Origin: Nitrososphaerales archaeon
GTDB taxonomy: Archaea > Thermoproteota > Nitrososphaeria > Nitrososphaerales > UBA213
DNA length: 64,000 nucleotides
Direction: 5' to 3'
Assembly (NCBI GenBank): GCA_965197925.1
Contig: CBDAOC010000018.1
Location: 192,001-256,000, forward strand
This document shows positions 1 through 8,021 of this stretch, one piece after another. The position numbers and the translations under genes are program-made. How positions within the stretch are numbered: position 1 is the first letter of the stretch; each line of letters starts with the position of its first letter. The notes under the pieces are model-generated. The model worked only from the letters and a program-made list of their open reading frames with translations, was not told the origin of the DNA and did not search any database.

Positions 1-1
1 A

Positions 2-85
2 GCATTGTAGTACTTGTCAGAATCAAATATCAATGTAGTATTGTTGGATAAGCATGGTAAGTTATACACCTTGATTAAACTGTAG
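2..85 (+). pseudogene. cas1: Cas1/casposase-like internal fragment, cut by the window edge, with an in-frame TAG
   Basis: Manual translation from nt 2 gives AL*YLSESNINVVLLDKHGKLYTLIKL*, resembling the Cas1 N-domain segment AL..LSE.NI.V.LLD..G. Short, so tentative. Confidence 0.5.
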
Positions 86-142
86 ATAGACCTTGGTATA
101 TGTTAATTAACTTTAAAATCGAGATTATACATATGATATATT

Positions 143-349
143 TTGAAAGTTGCAAGTACGAATTTGGACAACATATCAAATGATAAGATTATAAAAAAAT
201 GCAAATCATGCAGAGAGAGTATTGCCGAACACATAAAGAACCTTATTTTACAAAATCTAAATGAAGATAACCAGGTTCCTAAACTTAGGATTACTGGTAT
301 TGATGATATTCCTTACCAGAATGGAGAGCTAAATTTCGAAGATGAGTAG
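143..349 (+). CDS. small ribbon-helix-helix-like DNA-binding protein
   Basis: N-terminal beta-strand-like MKVASTNL followed by helices (SIAEHIKNLI); similar layout to ORF 2791-3015. Confidence 0.4.
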   Translation: MKVASTNLDNISNDKIIKKCKSCRESIAEHIKNLILQNLNEDNQVPKLRITGIDDIPYQNGELNFEDE

Positions 350-614
350 ATAGAGATTGAAGATTGAAGTGTCCGTCTGATTATGAGGGAAGTAGCTAAG
401 GAAGAATTTGATAATCAGACTTTGTGCAAGAAGTGTAGAAGAAGAACCAGGTAATCAGCAGGGCCTGACTGCGAGAGTCTACATACCTAACCTTAAGTAT
501 TAATTATTCGTAACATATGCAAACACATGATTAGTGATGAACGGATATTATTCGGCCCTGACAGCAGCTTCTACATAGCCATATATACCCCTTATTGAAA
601 ATTAGAAACAATAT

Positions 615-1178
615 ATGCCACAAACAAAGGCGGTTGTTAGCGTAGAAAATGTCGTTGCGTCTGCAAGCGTAAATCAAAGGATAAATCTTAACGATATAAC
701 ACAAAAATTTCCTGACGTCGAATACCATCCCGATCAGTTCCCGGGCTTGGTCTTTAGGATAAAATCACCCAAAACCGCTACCTTAATCTTCAGTACTGGC
801 AAGATGGTTTGTACAGGTGGCAAATCAGAAGATCAATCTATCAAGGCTGTAAATAGTGTAGTTCAGAAACTGAAGAAGGGTGGGATTCCCATAGAAAACG
901 AACCTTCCATAGAGATACAGAACATAGTTGCATCTGTCAATCTAGGGGGCAAGATAAACATAGAACTTGCTGCTAGAGTGTTACCTAGGAGCATGTATGA
1001 GCCAGAGCAGTTCCCTGGCTTGATACACAGAATACTGGATCCTAAAAGTGTAATACTTCTATTTGCTAGCGGTAAGCTCGTATGTACTGGTACCAAGAAG
1101 GAGAACGAGGTTTATAGAGTAATAAACGCGTTGCATATACTGCTGGAAGAGAAGGAGTTAATGATATACGAGAGTTAA
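615..1178 (+). CDS. tbp: TATA-box binding protein
   Basis: Two TBP repeats: NVVAS...YHPDQFPGLVFR...LIFSTGKMVCTG and NIVAS...YEPEQFPGLIHR...LLFASGKLVCTG. Confidence 0.98.
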   Translation: MPQTKAVVSVENVVASASVNQRINLNDITQKFPDVEYHPDQFPGLVFRIKSPKTATLIFSTGKMVCTGGKSEDQSIKAVNSVVQKLKKGGIPIENEPSIEIQNIVASVNLGGKINIELAARVLPRSMYEPEQFPGLIHRILDPKSVILLFASGKLVCTGTKKENEVYRVINALHILLEEKELMIYES

Positions 1179-1279
1179 ATCTTCTGTTTGATCTGTTTTC
1201 TCGAACGATAACCAGTTTGAATCGAACTATTATAGAATTGAAAGTCTTAAGAATATCTTAAGACCATGTGGTATAATCT

Positions 1280-1346
1280 GGATGCTGATGATGAAAGGAA
1301 AAGCCGTCTGAAGTTTGATGAATAATATAGGCGAGTTGAAGCATCC
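1280..1346 (+). ncRNA. C/D-box-like sRNA
   Basis: 7-bp terminal stem GGATGCT/AGCATCC; C box ATGATGA 1288-1294; 13-nt guide; D' CTGA 1308-1311; C' TGATGA 1316-1321; 14-nt guide; variant D box TTGA 1336-1339. Confidence 0.65.
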
Positions 1347-1528
1347 TCTAAAGCCCACATTGATGGAATCTTGACAATCTTATCAGTCTTGGGAGTAGTT
1401 GGAGAGTATTTGAAGAGTGTTTTAATGTAATCTTAAGAAATGTTAAGAGTGGTTTGAGAGTATTTGAAGACCATCATAAGAGTATTTTAATACTCAATCA
1501 TAATTATAATTACGTACAGGGTCTTCTC

Positions 1529-1576
1529 GATTCTATTCGTGGAAAACTACTTGTAGAAAATTCTACGAATAGAATC
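1529..1576. repeat. 16-bp inverted repeat (hairpin) just upstream of CRISPR repeat 2
   Basis: GATTCTATTCGTGGAA (1529-1544) pairs with TTCTACGAATAGAATC (1561-1576), with one G-U pair. Confidence 0.75.
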
Positions 1577-1691
1577 TATATCATGTTTGAATCGAACTCT
1601 TATAGGATTGAAATGATGTTAGCGTTATGGTCGTGGTAACTGATTGTGCGGTTTGAATCGAACTAATTGGAAATTGAAACTTGAATTCGAT

Positions 1692-1814
1692 CTAATTCCG
1701 TTCTACAGAGACAACAAAACTAACTTTTTTGATATGATCTTTTAGATGGATACTAACACCGTAACCTTTCAGTAATTTGATATTGTAATGGTTCTTCTTT
1801 CCTTTGAGTAACAT
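1692..1814 (-). pseudogene. cas1: N-terminal stump of a casposase-type Cas1
   Basis: Manual translation MLLKGKKNHYNIKLLKGYGVSIHLKDHIKKVSFVVSVERN*. The first about 26 aa match the start of thaumarchaeal casposon Cas1 as I recall it (KGKKNHYN.KLL.GYG.SI.LK). Confidence 0.7.
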
Positions 1815-1987
1815 GATCTATCAGATTTCACTGATCAAAATCTTTACGGCAGAGTGTCATATTTTTAAGCGGAAAGTGGGACATACAATTTTTTTGATTG
1901 GTGTTGTAGTAAGGAATATGTTAGAGGGTTGTTCATTCCAACTTTTCATAACCTATCTATAACTTTGGAGTATTTGCATCTTATGAT

Positions 1988-2243
1988 AGAACTCTAGAAC
2001 ATCGTAAAAAGAAACATAGAACAGATAGAACACCTCAGAACAGAGAACAGGCCCTATACAGTATCTATACAGTATCTATACAGTATCTATACAGTAGGAT
2101 TATCTGTTCTGCGTTCTGTGTTCTTTTCCTACTTGAGGATAAGGTGAAGGATTAGACGACTTGGATATTTGGCAATCTACAACTGCAGAGGATATCAGTG
2201 GGCAAAAATGACCTATTCGAATGTGTTGCATGTTGCGTGTTGC
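1988..2243. repeat. iterated repeat block: AGAAC x6, 11-bp tandem CTATACAGTAT x4 (2054-2096), inverted GTTCT x3, TGTTGC x3 (2224-2243)
   Basis: Read directly from the sequence. Confidence 0.85.
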
Positions 2244-2438
2244 AGATTTTTTGCTTAGAATTTATTGATGAAGAATAAGAGTATCCCTCCACCTTACGCA
2301 TGGAAATCTGACGCTTGTCGTAAAGCTTGTATGTATCATATTCGAAAAGTTTAGATCTATTCTACCTGTAGTCTAAGATCATGGACTCTACAAGATTCGA
2401 GTTACAAAACAGATAGTATATAGCAGCGTTATCCAATT

Positions 2439-2747
2439 TTGATGGGATTGGGCTCGATAAAGATACTCATAGATGCAATGCGTGACGGGATTGACCTAGA
2501 ATTAAATAAACTGGGTTATGAGGCTTATAGCGTCAGGAAGCTTGTTGAGAAGGGAGAGAAATTAAAGAGTGATTATTCTATTATAAAATATGCTGAACAA
2601 AATAAAATGATTTTGGTTACAGAAGATATTGATAACATAGAGGGTTGTATGGAGAACAACATAGAATGTGTACACTTTGAACAGATTCATTCTCTCAACT
2701 ATCTTCTGGAAGCGTTAGAAAAGATAACACAGATTGAATTAGCATAG
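2439..2747 (+). CDS. DUF5615-like PIN-domain protein (putative toxin/RNase)
   Basis: KILIDAM...LGYEAYSV...SDYSIIKYAEQNKMILVTED pattern. Confidence 0.7.
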   Translation: MMGLGSIKILIDAMRDGIDLELNKLGYEAYSVRKLVEKGEKLKSDYSIIKYAEQNKMILVTEDIDNIEGCMENNIECVHFEQIHSLNYLLEALEKITQIELA

Positions 2748-2790
2748 AACCATCTAGATCATGGTTTAGCTTTAGTCTATCAGGTCTACA

Positions 2791-3015
2791 ATGACTCTAC
2801 GAGTTGTGTATAAATTAACAGAAGAAGAGCATGCAAGGTTGCTTGAATTTTGCAGTAGGGGAGGATGTACTCCATCTGCAATGGTAAAAGAAACTATTAT
2901 CATAAGGATTATACCCGAATCTCCGACGAGAGAGAGAAACCTTATGGACATGTTAAGAGAACTTTCGAACAAACACCAACTAGTGAAGAGCTGTAAGAGT
3001 AGTTTTCACTATTGA
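2791..3015 (+). CDS. small RHH-like DNA-binding protein
   Basis: LRVVYKLTEEEHARLLEFC..GCTPSAMVKETI, a beta-helix-helix pattern. Confidence 0.5.
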   Translation: MTLRVVYKLTEEEHARLLEFCSRGGCTPSAMVKETIIIRIIPESPTRERNLMDMLRELSNKHQLVKSCKSSFHY

Positions 3016-3258
3016 ACTTAATAAGAGAAAAAGGATTCTAGGTCAAAATATAATTTTTTGTTGGAAGTGGTAAATCTTGAAGTGGTATTATTTGAACTGT
3101 CACCGCATCTATAGAGATAATATTCAGCTTTACTTAATATGTTGTATCTATAGATATATCTATAGATATAGGATAAGTTTAAACAAATCAAAGGATTTGA
3201 TTCCTAAGACATTATAGCAGTTTCATAAATTAATCTTACTAAACCATTTTTATATAAT

Positions 3259-4136
3259 GAAGTCATCCCAATACTCTCCAATACATCATAATCGACGAAA
3301 TGATAACAAATGCCAGATAGTTTTGTGCATTCTTCTCATATCTGATCCTGGTTCTGTGGAACCCATTCTTCAACCAGGCAAAGAATCTCTCCACAACATA
3401 GCGCGTCTTGCCGTATAGGTATTGTTCTGTATTATCATTTTGTTGTTGTGTCTTACTGTTTTTTCTGTAAGGTATGCAGTCAGAGATTTTTCTTTTGGTG
3501 AGGTATTTCCTGATGAATTCTGCATCATAGCCCTTGTCTGCTTGGCACCGCGCAATTTTTCTGATAGATCTCTCATCCAGATATTGTGAGATGCCATCCA
3601 TCACGTCTACAAATCTTGCAGAGTCATGCTGATTTGCAGGACATTACTACTGAGACTGGCAGTCCGTTTTGTTCCACCGCAACGTGTATTTTTGTGCCTG
3701 AAATCCTGTTGAATCCGTTGTATCCTATGACGCTTCCCCTTTTTTGGCCGGAACTGATGACGAATCGACCGTTTTTTGCAGCTGCATCTTGCCTGATCTG
3801 TGGGCTGATTTGACTGCAGCGGAGAGGATATTCTTCCATATTCCACGTCGCTGCCAGTTCTGCAGTCTGCGGTGCGCAGTTGATTTGGAGCCGTACCTTT
3901 GTGACATCCCAGTCCACCTGCATCCTGTTATCCCGACAAACAGGATTCCGTTGACTGTCTTTCTGTCGTCTGCCCTTGGCCTTCCGGTTCTGGCTGGCTT
4001 GGGGAGATGCGGTGATATCATCTTCCATTGTTCACCTGTTATCTCCTGAAATTTCATGATCTGCTACGGGCAGCATTGCAAATAGATCCAAATGATCGTC
4101 AATTATTCACTAAATGATCAGTTTTGGGATCAGCTG
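3259..4136 (-). mobile_element. IS5-family element type A, copy 1 (orfA 3725-4057, orfB broken by an extra frameshift)
   Basis: TGRPRADDR, TGCRW, DKGYD and RYVVERFFAWL motifs; imperfect TIRs GAAGTCATCCCAATACT / AGTTTTGGGATCAGCTG; A6G slippery site. Confidence 0.92.
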
Positions 4137-4137
4137 T

Positions 4138-4578
4138 ACATCTTCATTGCCTACAGGAATGGTAAGGTATGTTGTAGGAGATGAAGGATATGATGATCAC
4201 AAGTTATGTGATTTCAGCAGGTATAGAGGGCATCCAGTATTCCCATTGGAAAGGTACAAGCATACTACAGATAATAATAGACTGGCATTGCTGCAGTTCT
4301 ATCAATCTGAATTTAGACAGCATGTATATTCTCGGAGGAGCATAAGTGTTGAGCCATTGATAGAGCATATGAAGGATGTATTTACCATAGATCCATTGCC
4401 AGTTAGAGGGTTCGATAAGGTAAGGAACATCGTTCTGATTTCTATATTGCTATACCAGCTGATGGTATACTACAACTACTTGACGGAAGACCATTAAGGG
4501 CATTGAAGCACATGTTGGGAAGTTAATCAATCAGAGGCATCAAGTTATTTTTGTTATATGGAATAATGCCCATGCCTC
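4138..4578 (+). mobile_element. 5'-truncated copy of the ~1.09-kb DDE IS (type C)
   Basis: Near-identical to the 3' part of 43164-44255; right TIR ATAATGCCCATGCCTC. Confidence 0.9.
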
Positions 4579-4803
4579 AACTAATTCATCGTTCGTTGGA
4601 GACTTGATTATTATATCTAGAAGAACGTTTGAGGTAGGGCTTTCATTATATTCTACCCAACCCATTATGGTTACTGTTTCACCTTTTTCATAATCTACCT
4701 TTTTCATCTCTATGATTGGCTTCGATACGTGTGTAGCAAAAGCATCGGATGTAAAAACTGAGAATATTAAAAGAAGAATCAAGGTAGATATCACTTTCAT
4801 CAA
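4540..4803 (-). pseudogene. secreted/surface protein truncated by IS insertion
   Basis: Signal peptide plus KVDYEKGETVTIMGWV; the last residues (EAWALFHITKIT) are read from the IS right end. Confidence 0.6.
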
Positions 4804-4950
4804 TGTCTAGTCACAATTATCCAATTTGAATTTTTATAATTTGAAACGTCAATCTAGAAAACAATTATTCTCTGCATTCCTAAAGCTAACATACCAATCA
4901 GTTATTAATAGTCATACACAATTGAAATACAAGTGTGGGGTATCTGATGT

Positions 4951-5142
4951 ATGCGCTTTAGTCTCTTTAGTAAGAAACAAAGGTGTAAGCTTTGTGGCAA
5001 TAGCTTTGGTACATTGGAAGAATTGATAGAACATTTAAGAAAGGAGCACAAGCGTAAAATGATAAAATGTAGCAAATGCAAGAGGGAGTTTCTTTACGAA
5101 TCAGAACGTTTTAAGCACATGAAAGAATTCCACAGGAAATGA
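4951..5142 (+). CDS. C2H2 zinc-finger protein
   Basis: CKLCGNSF...LIEHLRKEH and CSKCKREF...FKHMKEFH. Confidence 0.8.
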   Translation: MRFSLFSKKQRCKLCGNSFGTLEELIEHLRKEHKRKMIKCSKCKREFLYESERFKHMKEFHRK

Positions 5143-5187
5143 AGTGTTTGAGATAATTAATAATGGACAATAATTTAGTGATTCACT

Positions 5188-6411
5188 ATGACTTTATTGA
5201 TATGGTTAAACAAAGATGGAAAGCTCCTTCTTTTAGCCAATATAACGAGGATGTTAGCCTTCGGTTTCCTCAGCATAATACTTGCAATTTACCTTACAAG
5301 CGTAGGCTATGATGAGCTATATACGGGCATAATAATCACTGCAACGCTAGTAAGCGGTACTTTTTTTACACTCTTTGCAAGCTTATTCGCAGATAGGATA
5401 GGTCGCAAGAAGACATTAGTTCTTTTTTCTGGTTTGATGTCCATATCTGGAACAATCTTTGCTTTTACAACTGACTTTTACCTTCTAATGCTTGCAGCTC
5501 TAATAGGCTTCATCAATCCGACTGGTATTAATTTTGGTGCATTCATCTCCGTCGAACAAGCAATAATTCCACAAACAAGTTCAGATAGAAAAAGGAATTA
5601 TGCTTTTGCGTTGTTTAGCACAGTAGGAACGATTGCTGTGGCATCTGGGACATTGATAGCAAAGGTTCCCGAATTTTTGCGTGTGACATATGGTCTTGAT
5701 CTTGTGAATTCTTACCAACCCTTGTTTGTGTTTTACGCTTTGATTGGGTTAGTCACTATGGGCATCTATGCTGCTTTGTCAAAAAATGCTGAAGTCAGTA
5801 CCATAAAACCTGTCAAGAAAGTAATTCTTAGCGCTCAGTCAAAATCGGTAGTTAAGAAATTGTCGTTTTTATTCGGCATTGACTCCTTTGCTGGGGGATT
5901 CGTAATACAGAGTTGGGTGGCATACTGGTTCTTCATAAAATTCGCTGTTCCGGAGAATGAGATTGCCGACATATTCTTCATTACAGGTATCCTTACTGCT
6001 TTATCTTACATATTAGCCGTAAAAATGGCTAGCAAGATTGGCCTGGTAAAAACTATGGTATGTACACATATACCAGCAAACCTGCTCCTTATACCGCTTG
6101 CACTGGCACCATCATTACAAATAGCAATAGTGTTCTACATGGTTAGAATGTTCCTAGCAATGATGGACGTACCAACAAGACAATCATACGTTATTGCAAT
6201 AGTGAAACCTGAAGAAAGAATTAAGGTCGCTGGTCTGACTAACCTTTCACGCAACATTCCATTTTCTACAGGCCCTATACTAGTGGGTTATATGTTTCAG
6301 TTCGTATCATTAGCATTTCCTTTCATTCTTAGTGGTGCATTGAAAACAGTATACGACCTTTTACTCTATAGAAGTTTTAAAAAAATCAAACCGCCTGAAG
6401 AACAGGAGTGA
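5188..6411 (+). CDS. MFS transporter
   Basis: About 12 hydrophobic segments; motif A-like ADRIGRKK. Confidence 0.92.
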   Translation: MTLLIWLNKDGKLLLLANITRMLAFGFLSIILAIYLTSVGYDELYTGIIITATLVSGTFFTLFASLFADRIGRKKTLVLFSGLMSISGTIFAFTTDFYLLMLAALIGFINPTGINFGAFISVEQAIIPQTSSDRKRNYAFALFSTVGTIAVASGTLIAKVPEFLRVTYGLDLVNSYQPLFVFYALIGLVTMGIYAALSKNAEVSTIKPVKKVILSAQSKSVVKKLSFLFGIDSFAGGFVIQSWVAYWFFIKFAVPENEIADIFFITGILTALSYILAVKMASKIGLVKTMVCTHIPANLLLIPLALAPSLQIAIVFYMVRMFLAMMDVPTRQSYVIAIVKPEERIKVAGLTNLSRNIPFSTGPILVGYMFQFVSLAFPFILSGALKTVYDLLLYRSFKKIKPPEEQE

Positions 6412-6476
6412 TCTTATGTACAACATGAATTATCCATACTCAAAATGTATACTAATATTATATATTGTAATCTACA

Positions 6477-7658
6477 GTGTTCATCTTTATGAAGAGAGTG
6501 TATGTTGCAATGTATGGAGTAGGTTTAGGCCATGCCAGCAGGATGTTATTGATTGCAAACAATTTGCAATCTGATGCAACTCTCAGGTTTTCATCATTTG
6601 GAGATGCTGTAAATTATACTAAGATGCAGGGATTTGAATGTTTTTCTATTCCAAGTGTTGATTTTGCCTGGGGTACAGATAGAGGTTTCTCCGTGAAAGA
6701 AAGTATAATTAAGCTACCTCAAAATCTTCTGCGCTTTACTGCACAATTAGGAATGGAGGGAAAATACATGGGAAGTTTCAAACCAGATGTGGTCGTTTCA
6801 GACACAAGGTTATCATCGTTGTTTATGGCAAAGGTGTTAGATCTTCCTTGCATTACAATCTTGAATCAGATCAAACTACTCTTATCTCCAAGATTGCGAG
6901 AGTTTAGGGTTGCCCGCCTGTTTGAAACTATGCTAGCGGAGTTGCTCGGTTCATTTTGGTCCAAGAGCGATTCCATATTGATACCCGATCTTCCCCCTCC
7001 CTACACTTTGTCTGAACAGAATCTATGGACCGTAGGAAGCACTACAAACAAACTGAAATACGTTGGTTTCCTGGCACCCAAACCTAAAATCAACGGAGAT
7101 TACGCTGATAAGGTAGCGAGGCTACTCCAACTAGATCGTAAGAAGAAAATTGTATTTGCACATATAAGTGGACCTTATGAAACTAAAGTGATGATACTGG
7201 AAAAAATTAAGGAAGCATTTCAAGAGATTAAAAACAATGAAATTGAATTTGTGGTATCTGAAGGAGAGCCAAATGGAGACACTACGCCAAGAAAGATCAA
7301 GAATGGGTGGTACTTCCAGTGGTGCCCTTTTAGAGACGAAATATTTGCAATGAGTAACCTGATAATTATGAGGGGAGGTCATTCCACGCTTGCACAGGCA
7401 ATTCAATATGGAAAACCCGTAATTACTATACCGATACACAAACATGGTGAACAATTAGGTAATGCCAAAAAGGTGCAGAAGATCGGCTTCGGCCTGATGT
7501 TGAACCAGAGGGGGTTGAAATCAGATGATATTTGTAGTGCAGTGGAACAAGTTTTAAATGATTCTCGTTTTGCTAATAATGCTGAGATGCTGATGGATGT
7601 TGCAAATAAATTAAATGGTATTGAAGAAATAGCGAATGTAGTGAGATCTTATTTTTAG
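6477..7658 (+). CDS. glycosyltransferase (GT28/MurG-like)
   Basis: GVGLGHASR, RGGHSTLAQAIQYGKP and HGEQLGNA motifs. Confidence 0.88.
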   Translation: MFIFMKRVYVAMYGVGLGHASRMLLIANNLQSDATLRFSSFGDAVNYTKMQGFECFSIPSVDFAWGTDRGFSVKESIIKLPQNLLRFTAQLGMEGKYMGSFKPDVVVSDTRLSSLFMAKVLDLPCITILNQIKLLLSPRLREFRVARLFETMLAELLGSFWSKSDSILIPDLPPPYTLSEQNLWTVGSTTNKLKYVGFLAPKPKINGDYADKVARLLQLDRKKKIVFAHISGPYETKVMILEKIKEAFQEIKNNEIEFVVSEGEPNGDTTPRKIKNGWYFQWCPFRDEIFAMSNLIIMRGGHSTLAQAIQYGKPVITIPIHKHGEQLGNAKKVQKIGFGLMLNQRGLKSDDICSAVEQVLNDSRFANNAEMLMDVANKLNGIEEIANVVRSYF

Positions 7659-8021
7659 ATAACAAATTGTATGATTTTATTGTGTCTAGGAATGTAGGGT
7701 AGATATTCTTTGCTTGCCCATAATGATTGATTCCACTTTATTCCAACAAAATAGCTAATGATGGAATAATATGGATAAATTGTAGAAAAACCCCCATTTG
7801 CCCAAATGTCCTTTTGGGCTGAGAAAGGAATTAGTAAAAAAACGATATACACCTGATAGATTTCTATCCATCTAGTTGTCCATATTTGAGAAGTATGAAT
7901 AATGTAAAAATAGAAGAACAATCGTATCAAAAAGTTAGAAGATGTGTTGATCTGAATTAACCTTCCTTGTTCGTAGATTCAATGGTAACCTTATAACAGG
8001 ATACCCTAGAATGAAGCTTTA

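Larger units (their letters stand above)
1215..1680 (+). CRISPR. degenerate CRISPR mini-array: 30-bp repeats at 1215-1244, 1585-1614 and 1651-1680; 36-nt spacer at 1615-1650
   Basis: GTTTGAATCGAACTATTATAGAATTGAAAG / GTTTGAATCGAACTCTTATAGGATTGAAAT / GTTTGAATCGAACTAATTGGAAATTGAAAC. These have the GTTT...ATTGAAAN ends typical of 30-bp archaeal repeats, with a spacer-length gap between repeats 2 and 3. Confidence 0.8.

Noticed and set aside
1280..1346. Hammerhead ribozyme (CTGATGA...GAAA)
   Set aside because: No stem II/III and no UH cleavage site before the closing stem; C/D geometry fits better
1454..1639. 61-aa ORF across the CRISPR region
   Set aside because: It overlaps the hairpin, repeat and spacer and has no recognisable protein features
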